Positions 1 to 13,249 of a stretch of 64,000 nt of DNA are shown here, in pieces (positions within the stretch are counted from its first letter, which is position 1; every line of letters begins with the position of its first letter). The notes beneath the pieces are model-generated. The model saw only the letters and a list, made by a program, of their open reading frames with translations, made no database searches and had not been told where the DNA came from. The stretch lies in assembly GCA_964016885.1 (NCBI GenBank), contig OZ024746.1, forward strand, positions 95,728,001-95,792,000, in the 5' to 3' direction. This DNA comes from Eledone cirrhosa (Eukaryota). A program made the translations under genes and the position numbers.

Positions 1-150
1 CTTATACCCAGTTTATCTCTCAGTTCAGTGATGCTGAGTTCTTTATATATATATATATTACTATTACACATCAATCAGAGCATGCATGCCTCATTTCTTT
101 CCGATCAAACTAATCAACAACTGTTATTCTAGAAATGTAATACAGTAAAA

Positions 151-447
151 GGCATCGAACTGGCAGAGTCGTTAGAACTTCAGATAGAATGGTTTGTGCT
201 ATTCATTCCAGCTCTCTGCTCTCTGAGTTCAAATCCCGCCGAGGTCAACTTTGCCTTTCATCATTTCAAGGTCGATAAAAAAAGTACCAGTCAAGTACTG
301 GGGTCGATTCTTCCTCCATATCTCTTTCTCATTTCCTCTCTCTCACTTTCTATCTTTCCCTGGAAGAAATCTGCTGTACTCAGGTCTGGAGAGGGATGGG
401 CTCTGCCGGGCTTAAAATGTCCAAGAAACGCCAGGTTACTGGACAAA
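151..447 (+). mobile_element. tRNA-derived SINE, variant with a distinct 3' tail (relatives at ~4172-4420 + and ~23590-23815 -)
   Basis: A-box-like TGGCAGAGTCG, B-box GAGTTCAAATCC, central TTTGCCTTTCATC...GTCGATAAAA-AAGTACCAG, and a shared tail ggaagaaatctgct...gggcttaaaatgtccaag. Confidence 0.75.
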
Positions 448-634
448 AAAAAAAATACAGTAAATCAAAGAACATGACAGACTCATATACAACATAAGAA
501 ATTCATCAGACATCTCAGTTCTTAAAAATATACATGACACACATTAACTGTATGGTATTGAACCAAATGTATGTTAACTAGGCCCCAACACTAGGAAGAT
601 CATAATGTCCTCAACAGGGTAAAAGGAAGTCCCC

Positions 635-850
635 TTAACCTTTTAGCATTTAAGCCAATTGTATCCGGCCAGAATTCTCTTACCTCTTTCTGTTCAAACC
701 GACCATAACTTGCTACTCATACTGACATTAAGGTATTGTTTTCAAAATAAATAATATCAAAATCTCATAGATTCAATATTATGTGAGGTAAAGCATTTAT
801 TGTGAAAATATAATAGTAAATATAGAGCAATGTAAATGCTAAAGGGTTAA
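635..850. mobile_element. piggyBac-type MITE family A (other copies: 5815-6020, 11549-11776, 13874-14088, 17227-17662, 20951-21155, 34426-~34620, 34812-35025, 35671-35901, 42885-43114, 43601-44054)
   Basis: ~210-240 bp, TIRs CCCTTTAGCATTTA...TAAATGCTAAAGGG, flanked by TTAA, which is the piggyBac target site. Confidence 0.85.
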
Positions 851-1489
851 ACCTATGTTGTCCCTCTCTTATTCTTATTCCCCTTTCTCTCTTCCTCCCT
901 CCCTCCATACATATATGTGCGTATGCACCTGTGCACCTGTGCACCTGTGCGCATGTGTATGTGGTCAGTTGGCAGAGTTATTAAATCTTTGGATAAAATA
1001 TATTTTAATATCTTTTCTAACTCTTCACTTTGAATTCAAATCCTTTAAAATGTCAACTTCGTCATTTATCTTTTCTATGGTGGGGGTGGTGCCGGTGGTG
1101 ACTGTGGTAGTGATGGTGGGGGTGATGGTGGCGACAGCAGTAGTGGTGGTGACAGGGTGGTGTTGGTGGCAGTGGCAGCAATGACAGCAATGGCAGCTGT
1201 AAATAAAGTACCAAGCCAGTGCTAGTGCAGCCCTCTCCCCTTCCAGTGGTCATATCCTGGATGATCTGCTAGGTGAAGGGTGGCAGACATATGAAGGACC
1301 TTGTAACTGCTTGTGACCACATGGACAATAAAACCATTAGGGAAAGTATGGCACATACTACCAAGTCATGTTTGATTGTTAGTGATGGATGTAGTTACAG
1401 TGGACACTATACCAATATATTGACCATTCCATGAGATTGACCACTATATCAGATTGACTACTATATCATCCCACACAACACTGTGCCAT

Positions 1490-2000
1490 TGTATTGACCA
1501 CTATCTCAGTGATTGCTACACCATCACACTGACCACTATACCATTACACCATCACACTGACCACTACACTATCTCAGTGATTGCTACACCATCACACTGA
1601 CCACTATACCATTACACCACCAAACTGACCACTACACTATCCCATTGATTGCTACACCATCACACTGACCACTACACTATCTCAGTGATTGCTACACCAT
1701 CACACTGACCACTATACCATTACACCATCACACTGATCACTACACTATCTCAGTGATTGCTACACCATCACACTGACCACTATACCATTACACCATCACA
1801 CTGACCACTACACTATCCCATTGATTGCTACACCATCACACTGACCACTGCATGACTACACTGACTACTACACTATCACACTGTCCCCTCTGCTATCACA
1901 TGGATAACGCCACCATCAGTGACCACTGCACCATTATACTGACCACTACATCATCACACTGACTGCTACATTATCACACTGACCACTAAGCTATCACCAT
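1490..2000. repeat. Compound minisatellite (ccatcacactgaccacta subunits, ~70-bp higher unit)
   Basis: Alternating ...ctatctcagtgattgctaca / ...ctataccattaca subunits with degenerate edges. Confidence 0.85.
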
Positions 2001-2344
2001 ATTTTACCAGAGTACTGAGTGAGCAAATGTTACTGAAGATGGATAAAGATCCTGAAATGCTAGTATTCTCACAAAGTTACTGGGGTAGCTGTGACATAAT
2101 CACAGCTTAAAATACCCACAGTGAGATTTATATATGATTATTATACATAAGCATATTATATGCTTTATTTTAAATACAATGTGGGCTTCTTTGTGAGGTT
2201 TTGACCAAATGTGAGGGACATTTTGTTCTTCTCTTTGTACATAGGAGAGCATAAGGGATTGCTTTATATGTCTCATGTTTGATTAGTCATTCATCAGAAG
2301 ACAAATATCCTTATTTTCCTGACCACAAAAAGAGCAATAATCAA

Positions 2345-2530
2345 AAACTATTTATAGTGGAGACTACTGGTGTCTTTGGCCCTAGGGTCACCTCCCTACT
2401 CACCACCATTGGCACAGAGTTGGCTACCCACAGGAGTGAGTCTCGTGAGTTGGAATGGCTCTTCGAGCACGTCTCCCTCACCATCCTCTGGGGAAACGCC
2501 TTCTTTATTCTGTCCATTGGGGCCGTGAGG
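2345..2530 (+). mobile_element. 3' fragment of a CRE-like non-LTR element (restriction-like endonuclease C-terminus); relative at ~23100-23250 (-)
   Basis: IVETTGVFGP...WLFEHVSLTILWGNA and WLFQHLSLAISRGNA resemble the ET.G..G / QR.S.A..RGNA motif. Confidence 0.65.
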
Positions 2531-3019
2531 CAACCAGCGCATAGACCCCATTTGCTTATAATAGTGAGAGATGGGGAGAGCAGGAGAGATGGAGGCAGTG
2601 ACAGTGGGAGTTTGGTTCCTTTGTGTTCGGACCTGGTGCATATGTATGTTTCACGGACACAAACTCACACTGTGGCAATTGTACATAATAATGGTGCTTT
2701 TTATCCTGTCATTGTGTATATTTTTTATCCTGTCAATGTGTATATTTCTCACGTAATAGAAATTTATCCTCTCCTGTTAGAACTTAGTTGAAATGTCCTG
2801 TCTGATTTGCATAATGTGTATTCATTGGTAGAAAAACAGGAATTAATTAAATAATAAATTCCTGTTTTCGGATACAAGTAAATGTCAATGTTTGTAATAA
2901 CAGTAGTTTCTTTAGGCTTTTGACAATTTAGATTTTTCAATACCGCTTTGAGCATATGACAAGTAACTATTGTATTTCATTACGAAGACAGTAACTTAAT
3001 GTAAGGTTTTTATATAGAA

Positions 3020-4030
3020 CTAGCAGAATGGCCCGGCGTTGCTCGAGATTTGCTCTAGGGTTCTTATATATTTGATATATATTTATCCTTATTGAGCCTC
3101 ATGAAATAAATACGTTTGTTTATATTTTGTTATTGTGTATTCAAAAATATCTCTACACGAATATATAATTATATAAATGTAAGTATGTATACGTACATAC
3201 ATATATGTATAGAGACGTACAGTAGTATGTATATATATACATACATGCACACATATATATATATGTACGTATGGGTTTACCGAACATTTATTATAGTTCC
3301 CTGAGCACTGTGTTAAGGGTACATGTGTCTGTGGAATGCTCAGCCACTTGCGTGTTAATTACATGAGCAGGCTGTTTTGTTGATTGGATCAACTGGAACA
3401 CTCAACGTCGTAACCGATGGAGTGTCTTCAATATTTTGGGACTTAAAATTAGGAATAAGGAACTCTCAGAGAAAAGACTTTCCGGTCTATTTACTTTGAA
3501 ATTAGTTGGATGTCAATGTTTGCCTGTTGTCTGTTTTACTAGATTTCCTTATTTGTGTATTTATTGTGTTTAACCTTTAGCACGCTGAATTTTTTTAATG
3601 AATTGCTTCTCTTGACACTGCATTATGTATTAAGGGGAGATTACTCTCTTGTTGCAATTTGTTACCAATAGCGTGCTGAAGATTAAGGTTGTCCCGACTT
3701 TTGATGTGTTTGACTATTTCTGTTGTGTATTTGGGGTTATATTCTTTTTATGTTGCCCTGTAGGATATACCTTTTCAATACATCAAAATGTGGCTATTTC
3801 TGGTGTGTAACAAGGGTTGATTTCTTTTTATGTTGCTCTCTGTCATATACCGTTTCAATGCATTGATATGTGGCGCTATTTCTGTTGTGTAACAGGGGTT
3901 ATAATCTTTTTATGTTGCTCTCTGTCATATACCTTTTTAATGCATTGATATGTGGCTATTTCTGTTGTGTAACAGGGGTTATAATCTTTTTATGTTGCTC
4001 TCTGAGATATGCCTTTTCAATGCATCGATA
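3020..4030 (-). mobile_element. Helitron-like remnant carrying an ~81-bp tandem repeat (3715-4030)
   Basis: Reverse strand ends ctcgagcaacgccgggccattctgCTAG|t (hairpin plus CTAG). The 5' boundary is uncertain. Confidence 0.5.
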
Positions 4031-4899
4031 ATTATTTTTGTTGAATGTATGTACTACAAAGTCTTATGTTGGTAATTGTACTGTTGAATACTGAAACCTA
4101 GATTCTGTTTCTTTGTGGAGCTTGTTCAATTGACTTGTTTTCAATTTGAAGTTTGTAAAAGTGTTTATAAGGTAGTGAATTGGCAGAGTCATTAGGACAT
4201 CAGATAGAATGATTTGTGGTATTTGTTCCAGATTTCAGCACACTGAGTTCAAATTATAGTATGGTTAATTTTGTCTTTCCTCTTTTTGAGGTTAATAAAT
4301 AAAGAAGCAGTATAGCACAGGAGGCAATGTTTTCCCCCCTCTCTCTCTCTACATTTCTCTGGAAGAAATTGCTACATTCAGTCCTGGAGAAGGAAGGGAT
4401 CAGCTAGGTTTAAATGTCCAAGATGTGCCATAAATGCAGCCCTGACAATGGCACCCTCTATAATTCCGTTAGGAGTTATAGGCCAAAGATGATAAAAAGT
4501 GTTTATGCATTGTACATTCCTCAGAGCATACTTACTTCAGCTCTTCCCAGACTTTGCATATCTTCTGCATTCAATGCTCGTTTTGCCCCCATGCAACATT
4601 GCACTATACCTGAAAGTATTGTTTAGTTTTAATTTCTCTAAGAGAGAGAATACTTTTGGTGCCAACAAAGATAAATGAATTTTTCCACTTTGTTCTAAAT
4701 ATTGATACTACACTTTCAGAACCACCACCTGCATTATGACAGCAATGTCTGTTTGACTGATAATGTGGTAAAACTACTGCCAAACTGTAAGTTTTTTAAT
4801 GGATGGTTAAAATTGAACAATATCAAATTGCCTATATTTGTAATTATTTTTTCTGTCTATATCATTAAAGAATTTAATAAAAAAAATATTATATTATCA

Positions 4900-5316
4900 C
4901 AACAAAAAGCATCCAGCCCACACTGTAAAGTAGTTGGATAGTTTTCATGACAAAAAGCACCCAGTACACACTGTAAAGCGGTCATATAGGTGTCATGACA
5001 AAAAGCACCCAGTACACACTGTAAAGCGTTCATATAGGTGTCACGACAAAAAGCACCCAGTACACACTGTAAAGTGGTCGTATAGGTGTCACGACAAAAA
5101 GCACCCAGTACACACTGTAAATAGGTTGTGTAGGTGTCACAACAAAAAGCACCCAGTACACACTGTAAAGTGGTTGGTATTAGGAAGGGCATCCAACTGT
5201 AGAAACTAAGCCAAAATCAGTTCTGTATGAGCAAGATATGGTCACCTAACCTGGCCTATCTCACAACAGGACAACTTGTTTAACCTGTGCTAGCATGGAA
5301 AATGGACGTTAAATGG

Positions 5317-5347
<31 letters not shown>
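4900..5347 (+). mobile_element. (GAT)n-tailed SINE with an internal 48-bp tandem expansion (4900-5170); family also at ~13000-13225, 24345-24495, 25803-25960 (-), 30535-30665 (-), 35240-35530 (-), 41370-41670 (-)
   Basis: tggttggtattaggaagggcatcc...gcatggaaaatggacgttaaatg(atg)n; 5-6 copies of caaaaagcacccagtacacactgtaaag. Confidence 0.8.
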
Positions 5348-6041
5348 CCAAAGAGATCGATATATAATTTAACAATCATGTGCTCTATATATTAGTGAAG
5401 TAGAGGATCAACCACAAGCTTAGGTGATTTTGGCTAGCTACCTCTTCTTACCTTCGTCAGGAAAGCATCTCAAATTTAAGGGATATGAGAGGAAGGAAGG
5501 GAAGTAGAAAGGAAGAGAGGAAGAAAGAAAGGGAAGGAAATGGAGGAGAAAGAAGAGAAGAAAAAAGAATACCTACTGAGGTAATCAATTAATAAAATAG
5601 GTGATCCATAATTTATTTAGAACTATCATTATTCAGAATTTCATTATCGTTGTTTCAACACCTGCTACTGCTGCTGTTGTTGTTGTTGTTTAGCCTCTAC
5701 TTTCTCCCAGGTCAGCCCTAACTAAGCAAGAACTATACTCAAGGGTATTTCACTCATGTCTATTCCACATTTTTTGGTGTATCTAGAACTACATTGTATA
5801 GTGTGTCCCATTTCTTAACCCTTTATCATTTAAACCGGTTGAATCTGGCCAGAGTTCTTTCTGTTCAAACCAGCTGTAACCGGCCGCTCATACTGATGTT
5901 AAGGTATGGTTCTCAAAATAAATAATATCAAAATTCATAGATGCGATATTATGTGAGCTAAAGCCTTTACCATAAAAATATAATATTAAGTATAGAGTAA
6001 TGCAAATGCTAAAGGGTTAAGATGATGAAGTGTGATTTAAA

Positions 6042-6615
6042 CCTATAATATAATAAAGAGAGGAGTGCGGGACAGCGTCCGTTTTATATTTTTTATCCCG
6101 TTAGTAAAATAAGTTGGATTACTTTGAATAAATAATGAATGAATATTACGTAATTTATCTACTAAATTTCGTAGCTGTTGATTTAACATAAATATTCCTA
6201 TATATAATGATTGCTTATTTTAAGATTCACTTCTTTTAAAATTTTCAAATGTCAATACTTCTGGTTGTAATATAACGGATGCTATATCACATATCATTTA
6301 TATAAACGTTTATATATTTACATCGTTATATCATAACGTTTATATTTCTGTCGCTAATTTTCTCCGTTTTCATTTTCATTACATTTCACCGTAATGCAGT
6401 TTATATATAATATCGTCTTTTTTAAATGTGTCATGGATTACTTTACTGATTACAGAAGACAGTGTAACACAGTCTCTCTTCAATTTCTGTGTATATTGTC
6501 AATTATGATTTCATATGACATATCATATCTACATGCATATAATATTTGCATATAATATCAATATGCACATTACACATACTAGTAGAAAACCACCCTTCGG
6601 GTGGTTTTCTACTAG
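6042..6615 (+). mobile_element. Non-autonomous Helitron
   Basis: 3' palindrome actagtagaaaaccacccttcgggtggttttctaCTAG|t; homologous to 29976-30459 (-). Confidence 0.8.
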
Positions 6616-8169
6616 TAAGATTTAATTGAATAAGTTCTCTAGCTGTCATATGAAATTGGATTAATCCTCTGTCATTTCCTCTGTCTCGGTGAATGTTTCT
6701 GGGTTTGATCTAATTATATTTTAAAATATTTCATCGTCTACCCCTGCAGAGTATCTCCCAATATCAATGCTTGGTTTTTGTATGTAATGAATTATCCATT
6801 GCTTTTGAGGGAAAACATGTGGTTTAGTGGTAAGGCTATTTGACTCATGAAAACACTTTTAAGACTAGGCTTATTCAGCAAAAACATTCTTTCAGTAATA
6901 TTGATAAACACAATTACACTTCATTATCTCTATACATCCCGTCGAGGTTGACTTTGCCTTTCATCCTTACGGGGTCGATAAAATAAAGTACCAGTAATGC
7001 ACTGGGTATTGCTAGCCCTGTGCCTAAAGTAGAAACAATTATCTCTATACATCGTTGAGCAAAACCCTTTCTTTCATGATGCTTCAGTTTACTCAGCTGA
7101 TAAAAATGAGTTGAATCTGTAATTCAAGGGTCGACCATATTGCACATTGTGACATGCTAAATTCATATTGGAGTAGATGTGCTGTCAGCCAAACTTTAAG
7201 GTTATAATATATGTTTGTGGAATGCTCAGCCACTTGCACATTAATTTCACAAGCAGGCTGTTCTATTGTTCAAACAACTGGATCCAATTGTCATCAGATC
7301 TGATGAAGGTCCAACAACAATTTCTGTTGAATGTCTGTACCAACATAAATGATTCTTCCTGCTTCATTGGTCAATGCCTATGGCACCATCATACTTTATA
7401 AAACATACTAACGCTAAAATTCACTAGAAAATTAAACATTCTATATTTACTGTACCATACTCAAATCATTGATTTCTAGTCACTGACGAGGTTCCAACAC
7501 TATAAAGCATAAAACCACGGTTGCTCTGACTGCTAGGGTAAGTGCCCTCCCTCAGTTCTTCAGCTCTGATTTACAGGCATATTCTCAGAGCAGACCCATT
7601 CACTCAGATTATGCTGGCTACTCTCACTCACCTTTCAACAAAATGGTTGGAAGGCAATATTTCTCGCTCTACCCAGATTTTCCTCTTCAAGTTTTACTTG
7701 AAGAAGTTGATGAAGGATTTGCCTGTAGAGTTTCTCGAACTGGCAATAGTCACTGGTAGCACTGCCAAGCCAAGAATTTCTGAAAGTTATCCATCAGCCC
7801 ATGACCGAGAGTTCTCTGGAAGCAAGCAACTAGTTGCTTGATTTCAACACCCAGGGTCTCTCAAAGAATGTTGTTGCTTTTCCTCACAACTAATCCTTCA
7901 TAGAATGCAATGGTGGAGTTTCCACTGATCATACTGCCCAATTGACTGAGGGTTGTGAGCACTTGAAGACATTCCAGTTTCCAAATGCTCTCTCTCAGTC
8001 TTTGCTTGACTGTCAAGGAGATGAGCTGGAAAACATGTGTCTGGCATAAGGTATCCACACCTGTTCATCGCCAAGTAAATCCTGGAAGTAACATAGCCTC
8101 AGTGCATATTTGCACATCATCAGTCGCAGTATGCTCACTTCTGCAAGCAGCAGATGTTCTTAGCAAATG

Positions 8170-8850
8170 GATTGTCTAACCATTGGAACATATCCTTTCC
8201 ACTAGAAATGAAAGAGAAAATACTCCAGTGCCATCAGACATGAGTCGGGATGAGGTATGACAGTCAGGCAGTAGTAGACGACAGGTGTTTGCCACCTTTG
8301 CTTGACCTTTCAGGAATAGTTTCCTTTTGGTCCATTTCTGGCCAAGAGTGGCCACCCTACTCATTTCCTCGTCCCAACTTTTTTCCATCTGGAGGTTTGG
8401 AACCAGACCCCAAGCAATTTAACCAGTCCGTCTGTCCAGCATTGACCATTCCTGGTCAATTTTTATTCCTGTTACTGTTTCATATTCCTTCAGAGCAGTG
8501 CCAATCACATCAGTGTGTTTGGTGCTTGACATCACTGCAGTGACATTGTTGGCATATGCTGACATGAATCTCCTGCATCTTAGTAGGATGCCTCTCAACG
8601 TCTCCAGCTTGTACAGAGAGTCAGTACATACAACATGGATGAGAGAGAACAACCTTAGCCGACTAAACAAATGATATTGAATGGTTCTGGTAGGTGACCA
8701 TTGATTCTGACCACTGAACAGAGGTTGCTGTACATTGCAGCAATCTATCCCCTGAAAACATGCCTGAATCAGCTGCCCGAGGATTGCTTGCCAGGTACCG
8801 ATGGTCAACCCTACCGAAAGTTTTGTTTGATGTAAATTGGAAGACAATCG
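8170..8850 (-). mobile_element. Degenerate Tx1/L1-type LINE reverse transcriptase fragment
   Basis: SAYANNVT (YADD-like), ALKEYETVTGIKI, LGVWF, WTKRKLFLKGQAKVAN; frameshifted. Confidence 0.7.
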
Positions 8851-9029
8851 GATTAATTGTACCTGTAATTCAAAGCATCAGCTTTGTGTCACACTGTGTC
8901 ATGATAAATCTCCCTGAGAGTCCACCTGTCTGTAGAATGCTCAACCGTGTATACATTAATTTCATGAGCAGGCAGTATCATTGGTTAAATAACTAGAACA
9001 CTCATTATTGAAGCCAATGGCAGATCGTT

Positions 9030-9575
9030 CCAGACAATTTCTTCCAAGGAAAAAGTTCAAAGAACTACTTCCACTGTTGACCAGAAAAGGTTTCTCCCTA
9101 TCTATAAAAGGACAACTGTATGATGCCTGTGTGTGAAGTGCGATGTTGCATGGTAGTGAAACATGGGCTGTGATTGGAGAGCACATGTGTCGACTGAAAA
9201 GAAATCAAGCAATCACACTCTGTTGAATGTGCAATGTAAATGAGAGTGAAAGGCAAAGTTTGGGTGAGTTGAAGGAGAAGCTGAGTTTAAGGAATTTGAA
9301 GTAGTATGTAGGAGAGAAGACTGTGTTGGTATGGACATGTGATGTGCATGATCATTGGGTGAAGAAGCGCCAGGAAATGCCAGTGGAAGGAAGTTGCAGT
9401 AGAAGTAGACCAAGAAAGACCTGGGCAGAGCTGACCTCAAATCAGTGAGACTCATGGTGTCAACGACAAAGGATTGTGACATGTTGAGTGATACGATGCT
9501 GAGAAGGATCTGTCCAACCCATGCAAGCATCGAAAAGGGGACATAAAAACGATGATGATGATGATGATGATGATA
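9030..9575 (+). mobile_element. RTE-clade LINE 3' fragment with (GAT)n tail
   Basis: KGQLYDACV...AMLHGSETWA; tail matches 17873-18217. Confidence 0.7.
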
Positions 9576-10087
9576 ATGAAAGCAAAAGACTCGACGCCAG
9601 TATTGGACTGGTACTTTATTTATCAACCTGAAAAGGATGGAAGGAAAAGTTGACCACAACTAAATTTGAACTCAGAACAAACACAGGCATTTTAATTAAT
9701 CTGATGCCTCAACAAATCTGCTGATTCATCACCTTGTCAGTTATTTCTATTGAAGAGATGAAATAATGTACATCCTAGTAAAGGAGACACATTAGATTCT
9801 TTGGCAGCCCCAATAATTAATTGAGACATCATCTTAGTCTGTTATCTTTTCCCTCATCACTGATATGAATCAATAAAATGTATAACATGCCGAGTTATTT
9901 TGAGGCCACAGTAATTACTTCTGTAATCCCTCCTACATTGTCATTGCTCCCTCTTCCAGCACTGATTCCATAAAAAGGGAATAAAATTAGGTTTGAAGCA
10001 GAAACAATAAGCAACCTCATATTTATTGCTGGGAGATCTTTACACTTTCTGATCATGTTGGAACAAGTTTAGAAGTTTAGTGGTAAG

Positions 10088-10090
<3 letters not shown>

Positions 10091-10130
<40 letters not shown>

Positions 10131-10430
10131 TGTGTGTGTGTGTGTATGTATGTTTACATGTATGTATGCATGTATGTATGTTTTTTTGTGTGTATGTATG
10201 TGTGTATGCATGTATGTGTGTGTGTATGTATGTATGTATGTATATATGTGTGTGTGTGTATGTATGTATGTGTGTGTATGTATGTATATATGTATGTGTG
10301 TGTGTATGTATATATGTATATATGTCTGCATATATGTATGTATGTTTGCGTGTATGTATGTATGCATGTATGTAGGCATGTACATGTTTGTATGCATGTG
10401 TGTGTGTAGGTAGGTATGTGTGTGTGTGTA
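10091..10430. repeat. (TG)n/(TATG)n compound microsatellite
   Basis: Seen directly; it generates several spurious ORFs. Confidence 0.95.
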
Positions 10431-11066
10431 TTGAGTGCTACTGGTAACATGTAACCCAGTACAACCTGTTGCATGGTTGGGTCATCAGCGACTAAACCGG
10501 CAACCCCACCAAGTTTACTTGGTGAGGAGGGTGATTTTGGATACCCAGCAGGACAAAAAACAAAACCTGAAAAAGGGCAGAAGAACTCATAAGAGTCAAC
10601 GACCATCCCAAAACGTGTAAATATGTATATAGACATGTATGCATGTGTATATATGTATATATATATGTATATATATGTATATGTGTATATACATGGGTGC
10701 ATGTGTATGTATATGCACGGGGACATAGAAATAATTGGGCTGGATATCTGATTGCACGGTTAAACCACTGGGAGTGAAGGACCCCTAGCCTTTGTCAGGG
10801 CATTCTTCTAGGAGAAGACAACTCAGGAAACTGGGATAACTCCGATATAAAACCTGCGGCTCAGTATTTACCGATGATGTTGATCTTTTCTTCTTTTCGG
10901 GTTATAGCTACTGTTGCTCAGAGAGTGGGATTGGCTCAGTGCACAGTCTTTCCTCACTTAAAAAAAATCTTAATGCACAGGCATTGCACGATGGCATTAA
11001 TTGATAATTATTAATAATGTTATATTGTGCAATAGCTATACTCGATAACGAGGGGGCAGCCATCAT
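10431..11066 (+). mobile_element. RTE-related non-autonomous element (5'-UTR-like part plus gcagccatcat tail), interrupted by a microsatellite; partial repeat at ~11270-11472
   Basis: ctaggagaagacaactc...aaacct resembles RTE 5' UTRs; cagagagtgggattggct...ctcacttaaaaaa is duplicated. Confidence 0.45.
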
Positions 11067-11815
11067 ACATTTATATAGGCATGTTTGTATGTATGCATAT
11101 TTGTATGTATCCCTATTTGTGTGTATGTCTGTATGTGTATTTGGTGGAGCGAGAGACTCCAAGTCTTCGTTAAGTCATCTCTCTAGAATAAGGTCACTCA
11201 GATATAAAATCTGGGATTTCATTTGCATCCAACGATGTAGACCAGTTCTTTTGGGGTAAATACATTCAATGTTCAGAGAGTGGGATTGGCTTCATGCAAA
11301 TCCTTTTCTCACTTAAAAAAGCTTCAAGCACAGGCATCACTTGATATGTCACATTTTTTGTGATGCATGATATTGCTGGCCATAGGCAAGTCCCTAGCTG
11401 GACTAAAAAGCCACATCCGTGATGTATCAAGCAATGGCATTACTCGAAATTGAGTTGCAGCCATCATCATCATGTATGTATGTATGTGTGTATGTATGTA
11501 TGTATGCATGTATGTATATAAGTAAATGTCCAAATATCACCCTCCTCATTAATACTTTAGCATTTAAATTACTCTATATTTATTATTGTATTTTCACAGT
11601 AAAGGCTTTATCTTACATAATATCTCACATAATATCAAATCTATGAGATTTTCATATTATTTATCTTGAGAACAATACCTTAACATCAGTATGAGCGACC
11701 TGTTACAGCTAGTTTGAACAGAAAGAGATGAGAGAATTCTGGCCGGATATGACCGGTTTAAATGTTAAAGGGTTAAGCAAGCTTAGTGGCGTTGCCTATT
11801 TAGTTGCCAACAACC

Positions 11816-12660
11816 CGACCATGAGACAGGTTGTACTGGGTTACATGATACCAGTAGCACTCAAGAGTGACCCGACATATTGTTGGTTTAGTCACTGACG
11901 ATCCAACCATGTGACAGGTTGTACTGGGTTACATGTTACCAGTAGCACTCAAGAGTGACCCGACATATTGTTGGTTTAGTCACCGACAATCCGACCATGC
12001 GACAGGTTGTACTGGGTTACATGTTACCAGTAGCACTCGAGAGTGACCCGACATATTGTTGGTTTAGTCACTGACGATCCGACCATGCGACAGGTTGTAC
12101 TGGGTTACATGTTACCAGTAGCACTCGAGAGTGACCCGACATATTGTTGGTTTAGTCACTGACGATCCGACCATGCGACAGGTTGTACTGGGTTACATGT
12201 TACCAGTAGCACTCGAGAGTGACCCAACATATTGTTGGTTTAGTCACTGACGATCCGACCATGAGACAGGTTGTACTGGGTTACATGATACCAGTAGCAC
12301 TCGAGAGTGACCCGACATATTGTTGGTTTAGTCACTGACGATCCGACCATGCGACAGGTTGTACTGGGTTACATGTTACCAGTAGCACTCGAGAGTGACC
12401 CAACATATTGTTGGTTTAGTCACTGACGATCCGACCATGCGACAGGTTGTACTGGGTTACATGTTACCAGTAGCACTCGAGAGTGACCCAACATATTGTT
12501 GGTTTAGTCACTGACGATCCGACCATGCGACAGGTTGTACTGGGTTACATGTTACCAGTAGCACTCGAGAGTGACCCGACATATTGTTGGTTTAGTCACT
12601 GACGATCCGACCATGCGACAGGTTGTACTGGGTTACATGATACCAGTAGCACTCGAGAGA
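11816..12660. repeat. 88-bp tandem array, ~9.5 copies
   Basis: tgttggtttagtcactgacgatccgaccatgcgacaggttgtactgggttacatgttaccagtagcactcgagagtgacccgacatat; period 11881 to 11969. Confidence 0.95.
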
Positions 12661-12990
12661 AAACTGACATAAGCTCTGATTCAAAGATTGTGTAATGGAC
12701 TCATTGAAAAAAACTGGTTTAATGGTGACTGACTGGGAGTTAGAAGCTCTTGAAAGAGAAACTTGGCGTGGAATGGTGACTGATGGGGTCCATAATTTTG
12801 AGGATAGATGCATAGAACATGAGAAGATCAAACAGGATGTGCGTAAGACATGTCCTGGTGTATCATTCAAAATGATCCGTGTCTCCATTGAATTGGTGTG
12901 CCCTGAGTGTGGAAAGATGTGCTTGAGGACATATGATCAGACATGTAAAGTTATGTTGGTGCCACAACATCCAGGCCAAAACAAATGAGA
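12661..12990 (+). mobile_element. RTE LINE C-terminal fragment with CxxC
   Basis: DSLKKTGL...WELEALERETWR...LVCPECGKMCL. Confidence 0.7.
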
Positions 12991-13249
12991 TCGTGTAGGT
13001 GTCACGTCAAAAAAACACACAGTTCACGCTGTAATGTGGCCATGTAGGCAACACGGTAAAAACCTCCCAGCCCCACACTGTAAATGTGGTTGGTGTTAGG
13101 AAGGGCATCCAGCTGTAGAAAACCCGCCAGATAGTCCTATGCGAGCAAGATAACCCCCGTCCAAACCCATGCAAGCGTGGAACACGGACGTTAAACGATG
13201 ATGATGATGATGATGATGATGATGTTCAGAGAGAACCAGTAAACTATGA

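Noticed and set aside
4857-5209. Repetitive ORFs HDKKHPVHTVK / LQCVLGAFC
   Set aside because: 48-bp tandem expansion inside a SINE.
8085-8130. CTGATGA plus hairpin on the - strand; similar partial motif at ~7478-7533 (+)
   Set aside because: GAAA absent in both; stem I also unpaired at 8.1 kb.
10077-10726. Overlapping His/Thr/Tyr and Cys/Val ORFs (also at 16.9, 24.2 and 36.1-36.8 kb)
   Set aside because: Translations of microsatellites.
11881-11969. CTGACGA in the 88-bp unit as a hammerhead core
   Set aside because: No GAAA, stem III or UH at the required positions.
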